The notes: generated by a model not told the origin, from the letters alone. A stretch of DNA of 64,000 bases from an uncultured Gammaproteobacteria bacterium (GCA_964510885.1 CAZEDL010000005.1:16053-80052); one strand, 5' to 3'. Shown: positions 40,418-48,881, counted from the stretch's first letter. Numbers and translations: made by a program.

Positions 40418-41458
40418 ATGCAAACAAGCACACTAGCTCCAGGATACGCTATTTCTCGAGTCATCCGAGGCGGCTGGCAACTCGCTGGTGGGCACGGGCA
40501 GATTACGCGCGACTCAGCTCTGCGCGATCTGTGCGCCTCGGCCGATGCTGGCATTACCACCTTTGACGGTGCTGATATCTACACCGGTGTTGAAGAACTC
40601 TTCGGTGAATTCCGGCGGCTCTACGCGAACACCCACGGCCAGGCTGCTGCTAACAATGTACGATTACACACTAAATGTGTTCCCGACCGGGACACACTGC
40701 CGAACCTCTCCCCGGCGAGCCTCACATCGCTCATCGAGCGCTCTATCCAGCGCCTGGGGAGCGAGCTTGACCTGGTCCAGTTCCACTGGTGGGATTTCAG
40801 CATCCCCGGCTACCTGGAGGCCCTGCACCACCTCACACGGCTCCGGCAAAAAGGGTTAATCCGGCATCTCGCCGTCACCAACTTCGACTGCGAACATTTG
40901 CAAACAGCCATCGCTGCCGGCATGCCGCTAGTCAGCAATCAAGTCCAGTTCTCTGTGCTCGATCAGCGTCCTCGTCATGGCATGATAGATCTCTGCCAGC
41001 GTTATGGCACCAAACTGCTGTGCTATGGCACCCTCGCCGGCGGGTTCATCAGCGAACGCTACCTCGATGCTCCGCCCCCAACACCCCCCTTGGAGAATCG
41101 CTCCCTCACCAAATACCAACTGATAATGGAAGACACTGGTGGGTGGGAACGCTTCCAGGCCGTATTGCAAACACTCCAGCATATCGGCCACCGCCATGGC
41201 GCCAGCATTGGACAAATTGCCAGTGCCTATGTGCTGGCGCAACCGACCGTAGCCGCAGTGATTGTGGGCAGTCGAAACGCCAATCATTTGGCCGCAACCT
41301 GCCGACTGGACCAAATCGCCCTCTCACCCGCAGATCATCATGATATCGACTCATGTCTCCAAACTCTCCAGAGTCTGCCAGGCGATATCTATGGTCTGGA
41401 GCGAGCGAACTCGCGTCATGCCAACGTGATGCGTTACAATCTGAATCGCGACCAGTAA
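40418..41458 (+). CDS. aldo/keto reductase family oxidoreductase
   Basis: ...GITTFDGADIYTGVEELFGEF... with the AKR (beta/alpha)8 signature. GC-rich. Confidence 0.85.
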   Translation: MQTSTLAPGYAISRVIRGGWQLAGGHGQITRDSALRDLCASADAGITTFDGADIYTGVEELFGEFRRLYANTHGQAAANNVRLHTKCVPDRDTLPNLSPASLTSLIERSIQRLGSELDLVQFHWWDFSIPGYLEALHHLTRLRQKGLIRHLAVTNFDCEHLQTAIAAGMPLVSNQVQFSVLDQRPRHGMIDLCQRYGTKLLCYGTLAGGFISERYLDAPPPTPPLENRSLTKYQLIMEDTGGWERFQAVLQTLQHIGHRHGASIGQIASAYVLAQPTVAAVIVGSRNANHLAATCRLDQIALSPADHHDIDSCLQTLQSLPGDIYGLERANSRHANVMRYNLNRDQ

Positions 41459-41544
41459 CACCATCTTGAGAACAAAAATCCACGGCCTCGCTACAGAGTC
41501 GCGCTATAGACGAGGCCGCCCTTTCCCATTCATTACTCGATTTT

Positions 41545-41889
41545 ATGAAAAAACAATCTAACGATTTTTTTACCTTATACGACTTACGCATTGAAGTGTG
41601 CGGCGCCCTTCAATCAATGGTTTGTAGTCACCAGCCCGCTGATTATTTTTTGGTCCAGGGAGAAAATCTTATTTTTCCTAAAAATAGTAAGATAAGTTTA
41701 TATGCCATGGCCGCGCTACTGCCATTACTCCCTGCCAAACAAAGAGTATTAGCGCCTAACGATTGGATGAACACTGACAACGAAGTAGCGTGCCCTGACC
41801 CCTACTGCGGTGCGCGGTTCAAAATTACCCGTCTAAAAAAACGCTCGTTTAGACATTCGGAAACTTCTAATCAAAGCAAAATTAGTTAA
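41545..41889 (+). CDS. hypothetical protein with an ACPDPYCG motif
   Basis: 114 aa ORF with low GC and no clear SD. Confidence 0.4.
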   Translation: MKKQSNDFFTLYDLRIEVCGALQSMVCSHQPADYFLVQGENLIFPKNSKISLYAMAALLPLLPAKQRVLAPNDWMNTDNEVACPDPYCGARFKITRLKKRSFRHSETSNQSKIS

Positions 41890-41925
41890 TATAAAAAAAC
41901 AGAAATCACCTTAGATTTCTGTTTG

Positions 41926-41997
41926 TGCTCCCGCCAGGAATCGAACCTGGATTTCCAGCTTCGGAGGCTAGCGTCCTATCCATTAAACGACGGAAGC
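41926..41997 (-). tRNA. tRNA-Arg (anticodon CCG)
   Basis: Hand-folded cloverleaf: acceptor stem GCUUCCG/CGGGAGC, anticodon stem ctagc/gctgg with loop cuCCGaa, T-arm ccagg-ttcgatt-cctgg. CCA is not encoded. The overlapping small ORFs in the track are spurious. Confidence 0.8.
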
Positions 41998-41999
41998 AA

Positions 42000-43070
42000 T
42001 TACACTTTTCCAATTACGCGCCGTACCGCGCGCAATACTTGGTACAGCCTATACTGTATTGGTTGCAAAATCAAGTCGTGTGTTCCAGCCGTTTCTCGTG
42101 TCATTCCACCAAAACCTAGTTTAAATCGCGTCACCCCGGCATACTGATGTTTTAAATCATAATGATAATCAAATTTGGAATCTGAAATTTCGTATTTGGA
42201 ATTTGTTTCGGATTTCGAATTTCGAATTTCGATATTCTCACTCGGCGCAATCCCAAAAAAATCATACCACCGATAGCCCGCCTGCTTAGCCTGACGAATG
42301 GCTGCCCACTGGAGCAGCCCAGGCGCCTGCAGCGATCTAAAACGATGATCCGAAGCACCGTATAAATACGTAAGCGTGTCGCCAAAACCCACCGTAACCA
42401 AGGTGGCAATTACCTTGCCATCAAGAACAGCTGACAACTGGCCCACCATCGGACTATTCAATACCGCAGTATAATGCTGCTTATAATGGAGGCGAAAGCC
42501 ATCGCGTTCGCCAGTTAATGTCATCAAACGGAATAATTCCTCGACATTTTTGTCCATTTTAATTTCGAGACCTTTCTTTTCAGCCAAGCGGATATTATAG
42601 CGGGTTTTAGAGTGCATGGCAGCGAGCAGTTCCGCTTCGGTTTTGCTCAAATCAAGCACCGTTGTCGCGCGCGGGTTAATATCTTTGACTTTTTGGATCT
42701 GGAATTTGGAATCTAGAACTTGAGAGAATGAAAACGGCTCAAACCGAAAAAATAAACACTTTTTTTTCTTAAAATAATCAAAAAATACCTTAATCAACTC
42801 CCGATTCCAGATTCCAGACTCTAGATTCTTCGCTGCCACCGGCCCCCCGGCACAGAAAGCATACTGCCATCCAAAGGGTAAATCACGATAGGTAATCTGG
42901 GCCTCTGCCAGGATATTCTCTCCCTCTCGAACAGCCACTCGCTCCACTTTTTCCTGTTCAGATAGCAAAATATCCCCCCACAGGGAGGCCTGGGTAAACG
43001 GGGCGCTACTGGCCTCAGTGTGGAGCCAAGCATCAAAATTCGCTAAATCTTCTACAGGAACAATGTCCAT
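42000..43070 (-). CDS. FemAB-family peptidoglycan interpeptide-bridge aminoacyltransferase (FemX/MurM-like) with two repeat-derived in-frame insertions
   Basis: ...GASDHRFRSLQAPGLLQWAAIRQAKQAGYRWYDFFGIAP...TRFKLGFGG... carries the Fem signatures. The segments NLESGIWNRELIKVFFDYFKKKK and SENIEIRNSKSETNSKYEISDSKFDYHYDLKHQ are encoded by ttcgaaat/ggaatttgg repeats. Confidence 0.8.
   Translation of the reverse strand: MDIVPVEDLANFDAWLHTEASSAPFTQASLWGDILLSEQEKVERVAVREGENILAEAQITYRDLPFGWQYAFCAGGPVAAKNLESGIWNRELIKVFFDYFKKKKCLFFRFEPFSFSQVLDSKFQIQKVKDINPRATTVLDLSKTEAELLAAMHSKTRYNIRLAEKKGLEIKMDKNVEELFRLMTLTGERDGFRLHYKQHYTAVLNSPMVGQLSAVLDGKVIATLVTVGFGDTLTYLYGASDHRFRSLQAPGLLQWAAIRQAKQAGYRWYDFFGIAPSENIEIRNSKSETNSKYEISDSKFDYHYDLKHQYAGVTRFKLGFGGMTRETAGTHDLILQPIQYRLYQVLRAVRRVIGKV
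42172..42245. repeat. AT-rich tandem/palindromic repeat (ggaatttgg / tcgaatttcga family) inside the FemAB-like ORF, in frame
   Basis: aatttggaatctgaaatttcgtatttggaatttgtttcggatttcgaatttcgaatttcgat. Confidence 0.5.
42690..42835. repeat. second repeat element of the same family inside the FemAB-like ORF, with inverted termini ggatctggaatttggaatctaga / tccagattccagactctagattc
   Basis: Seen directly. It encodes the low-complexity segment QVLDSKFQIQKVKD...NLESGIWNRE. Confidence 0.5.
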
Positions 43071-43131
43071 ATGGCCCGATAATACGTTACTTCAGATTAA
43101 AAATCAATGCACAAAAGCCCCGACCACCCCC

Positions 43132-43160
43132 TTGCCAAAAAATAGAGTATGTACTATACT
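43132..43160 (+). promoter_or_regulatory. sigma70-like promoter TTGCCA-17-TATACT upstream of rpmF
   Basis: Consensus spacing, with a leader of about 95 nt. Confidence 0.4.
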
Positions 43161-43255
43161 CAGCTTACATTTACCGGTGTTTTACACCATTTTATTTAAT
43201 TACTTCAGCCACAGGCTGATCCGCCCCTGGCGGAAATTACTAAATACTCAACAAT

Positions 43256-43465
43256 ATGGGACTTCCCGGTCATCGCCGCACTTCATCCCACAAACGTCGC
43301 CGCGCCGCCCATTTCGCGCTCACGGAGAAAACCGTGCAAGCCTGCCCGAAATGCAAAAAACCGATCTTGCCGCACCGCGCCTGCGCTAATTGTGGTACCT
43401 ACAAAGGACGCCAGGTCATCGACCTAAAAAAGAAAACCGTCCGTGCCACAAAAAAATCTAAATAA
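43256..43465 (+). CDS. rpmF: 50S ribosomal protein L32 (zinc-ribbon form)
   Basis: ...RRTSSHKRRRAAHFALT...CPKCKKPILPHRACANCGTYKGR... aligns with L32 from Gram-positive bacteria. Confidence 0.8.
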   Translation: MGLPGHRRTSSHKRRRAAHFALTEKTVQACPKCKKPILPHRACANCGTYKGRQVIDLKKKTVRATKKSK

Positions 43466-43475
43466 ATAGAATCTT

Positions 43476-43557
43476 GAATTTAGAATTTGGAATTTTGGAT
43501 ATAGAGAGTGGACGTAAAAAACACTATTCTAGATTCTATATTCCAAATTCTAAATTC
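43476..43557. repeat. MITE-like element with perfect 18 bp terminal inverted repeats gaatttagaatttggaat / attccaaattctaaattc
   Basis: TIRs at 43476-43493 and 43540-43557 flank a 46 bp core. It lies between rpmF and nusB. Confidence 0.55.
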
Positions 43558-43568
43558 TTCACTCAACT

Positions 43569-44048
43569 ATGTCTAATCGCCACCTCGGTCGCAGCATTGC
43601 TATGCAATCCCTCTTTGAATGGGATTTTCGTGGCCAACCGACCGCAGCCCTGCCGGCGATTATTGACCACAACCTAAAAGAATTCGGCCCCGGCCTCGAA
43701 GAAATGGATTTCACCAAAACCATTATCGACGGGATCATGGAACATTTGCCCGAAATCGATGCGCTGATCAGACAATATGCTCCGAGTTGGCCAATCAATC
43801 AGATTACTATCGTTGATCGCAACATCCTGCGCATCGGGGTATACGAGCTTAAATTCGCCGGTGGCATCCCGCCGAAAGTCGCCATCAACGAAGCGATTGA
43901 AATCGCCAAAAGTTATGGCGGCCCGTCGTCGGGAAAATTCATCAACGGCGTGCTCGGCTCCATGTACAACGATTTGATCAAAGAAAAACCAGAATTAGCA
44001 GAAAATAAATCTCCGCAATCTAAAATTGAATCTCAACCTGAGTCCTAA
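43569..44048 (+). CDS. nusB: transcription antitermination factor NusB
   Basis: ...MQSLFEWDF...[14 protein letters not shown]...[15 protein letters not shown]... Confidence 0.85.
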   Translation: MSNRHLGRSIAMQSLFEWDFRGQPTAALPAIIDHNLKEFGPGLEEMDFTKTIIDGIMEHLPEIDALIRQYAPSWPINQITIVDRNILRIGVYELKFAGGIPPKVAINEAIEIAKSYGGPSSGKFINGVLGSMYNDLIKEKPELAENKSPQSKIESQPES

Positions 44049-44061
44049 TTTTAAAATTTTC

Positions 44062-44139
44062 CACGTAACACATAGCACGTATCACGTAACAACTTCGCGT
44101 TACTTGATACGTGATACGTGATACGTGATACGTGCTATG
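44062..44139 (+). promoter_or_regulatory. long hairpin in the rnc leader: cacgtaaca...catagcacgtatcacgta pairs with tacgtgatacgtgctATG, which contains four tandem GATACGTG units
   Basis: An 18 bp perfect duplex includes the rnc ATG (44137-44139). Its CACGTA/TACGTG cores are shared with the hairpin at 31559-31611. Confidence 0.45.
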
Positions 44140-44910
44140 AATTCTTCTATCCTAGAGCTACCCGAAGTGGCCGAAAAAAAATTTGCCGAGCTCGAAAAAA
44201 TTATCGGCATTCCGTTCAAACACCCCGACTATCTGGTGCAAGCCTTCGTCCACCGCTCCTATCTGAACGAACACCACGACTTCCCGCTCGGCCATAATGA
44301 ACGCCTGGAATTTTTGGGCGATGCTGTGCTTGAACTAGTAGTGACTGAGTTTTTATTTGAGGAATATCTCAATCCCGAAGGCGAACTCACCAACTGGCGC
44401 GCGGCGCTCGTTAACGCCAAAATGCTCTCGGGAATCGCCTACGAGATTGGTATGGAAAAATTTCTTTTCCTTAGCCACGGCGAAGCCAAAGATGCCGGCA
44501 CCAAAGCCCGCGATTACATCATGGCCAATACCATCGAAGCGCTGATTGGTGCTATTTACCTGGATCAAGGCTACGATCTCAGCCGCCAATTTGTCACGCG
44601 CTGGGTAATCAGCCGCTTGCCAAATGTTCTAGAACAAGGCCTCTACCTTGATGCCAAGAGCCGTTTCCAAGAAGCTGCCCAAGAAATGCTTGGTCTCACC
44701 CCCACCTACAAAGTACTGCACGAAGAAGGCCCAGATCATGCCAAAAATTTCAAAGTCGGCGTGTTCCTTGATAAGGAACTGATCGCCTCTGGTGTCGGCA
44801 CGAGCAAGCAAGAAGCTCAAACCGATGCCGCCGAAGCGGCCGTGAAAATGAAGAAGTGGAAGGGCCCAGCGGTGAATATTATGAAACGTACGCCTGGCGG
44901 CCCTATCTAA
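44137..44910 (+). CDS. rnc: ribonuclease III
   Basis: ...HRSYLNE...NERLEFLGDAVLELVVTEFLF... (the RNase III signature) and a C-terminal dsRBD. The ORF-track start at 44125 is a GTG inside the hairpin, so ATG 44137 is preferred. Confidence 0.9.
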   Translation: MNSSILELPEVAEKKFAELEKIIGIPFKHPDYLVQAFVHRSYLNEHHDFPLGHNERLEFLGDAVLELVVTEFLFEEYLNPEGELTNWRAALVNAKMLSGIAYEIGMEKFLFLSHGEAKDAGTKARDYIMANTIEALIGAIYLDQGYDLSRQFVTRWVISRLPNVLEQGLYLDAKSRFQEAAQEMLGLTPTYKVLHEEGPDHAKNFKVGVFLDKELIASGVGTSKQEAQTDAAEAAVKMKKWKGPAVNIMKRTPGGPI

Positions 44911-44914
44911 AATA

Positions 44915-44980
44915 AATCAAAAATACCACATCCGAATTTCGAAGCTATACATTTTCGAATTTCGACATTGTCATTTCGAA
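44915..44980. repeat. AT-rich ttcgaatttcga-type repeats between rnc and tRNA-Lys
   Basis: ccgaatttcgaagctatacattttcgaatttcgacattgtcatttcgaattc. Confidence 0.45.
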
Positions 44981-44981
44981 T

Positions 44982-45054
44982 TCAACATCACGGATCGGTA
45001 GCTCAGCTGGTAGAGCAGGGGCCTCTTAAGCCCAAGGTCCTGGGTTCGATCCCC
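44982..45054 (+). tRNA. tRNA-Lys (anticodon CTT)
   Basis: Acceptor stem GGATCGG/CCGGTCC, D-arm gctcagctggtagagc, anticodon loop cuCTTaa, T-arm ctggg-ttcgatc-cccag. Confidence 0.85.
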
Positions 45055-45330
45055 AGCCGGTCCACATAAGAATAGTGCTTACAGTGAGTAAGTACTATTT
45101 TTTTATAAAAAGGTAAAACTGTCTAAACTAGAAATCTAAGCCATGTCGTATCCATGTTTATGACGGCAAATATAACCCCACAAATTATCGTCGCCACACC
45201 ATTCTTTCAAAAAGACTCCTTCCGCGGTGCGATTTCTATTTTCCATACTGAACCACAGTCTTTTCGGGAGCTAGCTTGATTATTAACCCCGAACCGGCTA
45301 AGATGTAGCAATCATTGGCACATCTTTTTT

Positions 45331-45402
45331 GCCCCTGTCGTTCAACGGATAGGACAACAGCCTTCGAAGCTGTATATGTGGGTTCGATTCCTGCCGGGGG
45401 CA
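45331..45402 (+). tRNA. tRNA-Arg (anticodon TCG), tentative
   Basis: Acceptor stem GCCCCTG/CGGGGGC, anticodon stem acagc/gctgt with loop ctTCGaa, T-loop ttcgatt. The T-stem needs two G-U pairs, hence the lower confidence. The overlapping 95 aa ORF is spurious. Confidence 0.55.
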
Positions 45403-46290
45403 CATTTATTGAACTAAAAGCAGTTCGAGAAACAAGACATAACCGTCTCGCCCAGGAAAGTCACCGCGCCCCCACTAGCCTCTGGCGAGCACCACTCCGT
45501 AATGGCTTGCGCAAGATTCCTACAAAGTACTTTCTATGCCGTGGCACTACGTCGCCAAAATTAACCCTAGTCACGATAAAAAGATTGCTCTGGAACAGCT
45601 AATCCAATCTATTGTCTTAACCAAAAATATTTGTAACGTTAGGTGCGTAACAATCTTTGTCTATGCGTGCTTCGCGCTCCTTGGAATAATCACATTCTAC
45701 CCAAGTAGTCTACATTTTTTAAATAATCAATTTTTTTATATAGTTTTATCAGCGCATCCGCCATCTTTTTTCTTTGTTTTACAGCCTCAGCTGCTAAAGA
45801 TCTTGGCATACTACCAAACAATCGCCACCACTCTACCTACAAAATAATCGCTGAACAAGGAGCATCAGTAACGAAACTAGTGTTGCAAAAAACGAATCGG
45901 TTTTATAAAAACCGAATTTTTTTTATAACATGGCACAAAAATGAAAGCGACCGGATCTACTATATAATAGTCGAAACAAATAATCAGACGCGTCGTAAAA
46001 TTTTTGCACTCGGATTAAATGCTCAAGAACTTTTTTCTGACCTACAGGCGCTCTGCCCGAATGCCACCACCACCTTTCTGTAAAATTTTTACTCACCCTG
46101 TGCATAACTCTCGTTGACACTATTTATTTTTTTTACAAACACGGTATACTGTATTCAGGTCGAAGAGAATTTTTTACAGTCATGCTTGTCTTGTAAAAAT
46201 AATTCTCAAAAATTTTTCTCGCGCTCGCGAGTAGAAAAATTTTATCTCGATTCATTCGTTTGAATGAATATATGAAGGGAGGTGTGGACT

Positions 46291-46389
46291 ATGGCCAAGA
46301 AAAAAGCTGGCAAAGCAGCCAAGAAAAAAGGTACCAAAAAGAAAACCACCACCAAGAAAAAGAAGGTTGCTAAGAAAAAGAAAAAATAG
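46291..46389 (+). CDS. 32-aa Lys-rich basic peptide (MAKKKAGKAAKKKGTKKKTTTKKKKVAKKKKK)
   Basis: Strong SD gaagggaggtg upstream of ATG 46291, and the terminator aaaattctccgcttgcggagaattttt directly after the stop. Confidence 0.45.
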   Translation: MAKKKAGKAAKKKGTKKKTTTKKKKVAKKKKK

Positions 46390-46395
46390 TACCTA

Positions 46396-46428
46396 AAAAT
46401 TCTCCGCTTGCGGAGAATTTTTATTTCT
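46396..46428. terminator. bidirectional terminator
   Basis: Perfect stem ttctccgc / gcggagaa flanked by an A-run and a T-run, lying between the Lys-rich ORF (+) and the PHP gene (-). Confidence 0.6.
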
Positions 46429-46438
46429 TTTTAAGGAT

Positions 46439-47752
46439 CTAAAACAACCGTGATTGCTGGGACTGCACGATACCGTTCGGCACCGTAAATGAAACTGTCC
46501 CGTATACCCCGTCATACCCGCCTTTTACCTGAAGCGCACCTGCTCGCATCTGAGTTATAGCCGTAGCTATTCTAATATCACTAGCGGCCCTGGCTATTGC
46601 CGACTCATCCATACTAAGTAAAATACCAAACTCATCGCCAAGGGCAGTAATCAGGCGCCCATATTCTGTCATCACTCGCTTGCTACTGACTCCCACTTGA
46701 AACACCTGCGATATAATTTCTCGGAGCGGCACAATATAACGGTGCGGAATAAACGTATCTTTAGGAATGTCAGCTTCGGACCGATCGGCCAAATCATCCA
46801 CGCGGTGAAGCACCCCGATAGTCAAACCGCGCCCACACTTCGGGCAACGATCACCGAGTCGTTTGCTCTCGGCTGGCAACAAGCATACGTTACAATCTTT
46901 ATGCCCGTCCAAATGATATTTGCCTTCTTCAGGATAAAATTCAATCGTATACAAAAATTTCCGACGATCACCCTCGCGGATGATCCGTGACAGTTCATCA
47001 TAAGTAATGTCAGCTTCCGAATCAAACGCCAGCACATTGGCCTCGCGTCCCAGATTCTCAAGGCCATGCGCATCAGAGTTAGAAATCAGCGTAATGCCAT
47101 CGAGCTGGCGCAAGCGGCGATTCATTATCGGATCACTTGATAACCCCGTTTCAATCGCCCGAATATGTGGTGTTAATTCTTCAAAACATTCCTCAAGTGA
47201 ATCATAGCCCGACTTCGATCCAAACACCGCAAACCACGGTGTCCACACATGGGCCGGAATCATCATAAAACGCGGATCAATCTCCAGCATCAACTGCAAC
47301 AAATTTTTAGCAGGCAACCCCATAATCGGCCGTCCGTCGGCTTTCAAATTAACTTTTCTCCGCTCCAACTCTTCATTTAATTTTTTTACTGCCCCCAAAT
47401 TCGGCGCAAGCAAGAGCAGGTGCAACCGTCGCGTCTTATCCTTATGTTTATAAATACACGCCACCTCTGTCCCCAAAATAAACTTCGTCTTCTGATTCGG
47501 ATTTCGATATTCGAATTTCGGATTTAGAGTATATACCCCGGCATTCTCTTCTACCAAATTTTCTTCTAAATACTTAAACCACAGCGGATGTGTAAAATCG
47601 CCCGTCGATATAATATCAATCCCCTTCTTATGGCAACCAGCCACAATCTGCGGCAACTCAAGCGCCTTCGAGCAGGCGCGGGAATATTTGGAATGAACAT
47701 GCAGATCGACGACTTGCTGAATCATACTAAAACTTTTTAAGGTAACGACCAC
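46439..47752 (-). CDS. PHP-domain nuclease with Zn-ribbon (EndoQ-like)
   Basis: N-terminal DLHVHSKYSRACS (PHP fold), CPKCGRGLTIG zinc ribbon, and a GGYDGVYG C-terminal region. It contains the repeat-encoded in-frame segment LNPKFEYRNPNQ. Confidence 0.7.
   Translation of the reverse strand: MVVTLKSFSMIQQVVDLHVHSKYSRACSKALELPQIVAGCHKKGIDIISTGDFTHPLWFKYLEENLVEENAGVYTLNPKFEYRNPNQKTKFILGTEVACIYKHKDKTRRLHLLLLAPNLGAVKKLNEELERRKVNLKADGRPIMGLPAKNLLQLMLEIDPRFMMIPAHVWTPWFAVFGSKSGYDSLEECFEELTPHIRAIETGLSSDPIMNRRLRQLDGITLISNSDAHGLENLGREANVLAFDSEADITYDELSRIIREGDRRKFLYTIEFYPEEGKYHLDGHKDCNVCLLPAESKRLGDRCPKCGRGLTIGVLHRVDDLADRSEADIPKDTFIPHRYIVPLREIISQVFQVGVSSKRVMTEYGRLITALGDEFGILLSMDESAIARAASDIRIATAITQMRAGALQVKGGYDGVYGTVSFTVPNGIVQSQQSRLF
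47490..47535. repeat. ttcggatttcgatattcgaatttcggattt repeat inside the PHP gene (in frame)
   Basis: Same family as 42172-42245 and 44915-44980. Confidence 0.45.
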
Positions 47753-48400
47753 CTAAAATGGAGCGGGAATTTCCACCGTTTTACAGTCGTCAGTGGTGGC
47801 CAGTTTAAATGTTAACCGGACAGCCGCGAGTGCAATCGATTTATCAGGCAGCGCTTCTGGCGCCCCATATTTCAGATCTCCGACAATCGGGTGGCCGATA
47901 TGAGCCAACTGTGACCGAATCTGATGAGGTCGCCCGGTTTCTAAAGTAATTTCTAAAAGCGCTCGGTCACCACGCTGCTCCACCAGGCGATAACTAAGCT
48001 CGGCATACAGTGCGCCTGGATATTCCATATCGTATGCCGTAGTTTTATTTTTTGCTTCATCTTTTTTTAGATAATTCACGAGTGTCCCAGTTGGTTTAGA
48101 CGGCATCCCGACCACCAATGCCTGATATATTTTTTGAATGGTATGAGCGCGGAACTGCTCCGACAATCGGCTTGCCCCTTTGCTTGTTTTTGCAAACAAG
48201 ATCACACCAGCTACCGGCCGATCCAGCCGGTGAAGCAAGCCCACAAACACATTTCCCGGCTTACGATATTTTTCTTTCAAATAATCTTTGACGTCGTCAA
48301 GCAGACAGCGCTCTCCCCCACTATCCCCCTGCACTAAAACTCCTGACGGTTTATACACCGCCAGGAGATGATTGTCTTCGTACAGCACACGTAATTCCAT
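47753..48400 (-). CDS. RluA-family pseudouridine synthase
   Basis: ...HRLDRPVAGVILFAKTSKGASRL... (catalytic Asp motif HRLD). Confidence 0.85.
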   Translation of the reverse strand: MELRVLYEDNHLLAVYKPSGVLVQGDSGGERCLLDDVKDYLKEKYRKPGNVFVGLLHRLDRPVAGVILFAKTSKGASRLSEQFRAHTIQKIYQALVVGMPSKPTGTLVNYLKKDEAKNKTTAYDMEYPGALYAELSYRLVEQRGDRALLEITLETGRPHQIRSQLAHIGHPIVGDLKYGAPEALPDKSIALAAVRLTFKLATTDDCKTVEIPAPF

Positions 48401-48428
48401 AGTAAGGATACTGGCCGAGCGATAAAAT

Positions 48429-48881
48429 TTAGGCTAAGGCTTTCTTCTGCTCTTCAACCCACTCACCCGCGCCACGAGCAAGCGCAATTGATACCGAACC
48501 TTGCTGAGTTGTAAATCTAAAATCATAGAGGCGCAAAAAGCTACGCGTGGCCGATTCCAACAACTGCAATTCAGTCCACGGAATCAAAATGGGCTTAAGT
48601 CCAAAATTAAAACCGCGGAGCAGCTTGAATCTGAGTCCGAGGGGTAGCGCTTCCAGTATCAAAACACCATTATAATTTATCATCCCAATCCGGCCATAGA
48701 CCCAGCGGCGCTCTTCGCCACGCGCACCAGGGTTAGGGTCAGGGTACAGGCGAGCTAATTTTTTCCAGCCGCTCAGCGTTCCAATAATATATACAATCGA
48801 AACCCAAATTCCAATCCACAAACCAATCCCAGCGAGAACAATCAACGGAATAAATAAAGCGTTAGGCATAGTTAAAAACAA
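48429..48881 (-). CDS. hypothetical membrane protein (two N-terminal TM segments)
   Basis: 150 aa ORF with no recognised family. Confidence 0.45.
   Translation of the reverse strand: MFLTMPNALFIPLIVLAGIGLWIGIWVSIVYIIGTLSGWKKLARLYPDPNPGARGEERRWVYGRIGMINYNGVLILEALPLGLRFKLLRGFNFGLKPILIPWTELQLLESATRSFLRLYDFRFTTQQGSVSIALARGAGEWVEEQKKALA

Noticed and set aside
39000-41997. tRNA-3'-end direct repeat (att site) delimiting the GC-rich island next to tRNA-Arg
   Set aside because: No convincing copy of the tRNA 3' segment was found at the left boundary. Island status rests on composition only.
41923-42147. Small + strand ORFs 41923-42147 and 41925-42119
   Set aside because: They overlap tRNA-Arg(CCG) and the 3' end of the Fem gene on the opposite strand.
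45315-45602. ORF 45315-45602(+)
   Set aside because: It overlaps the tRNA-like sequence at 45331-45402 and has low-complexity content.
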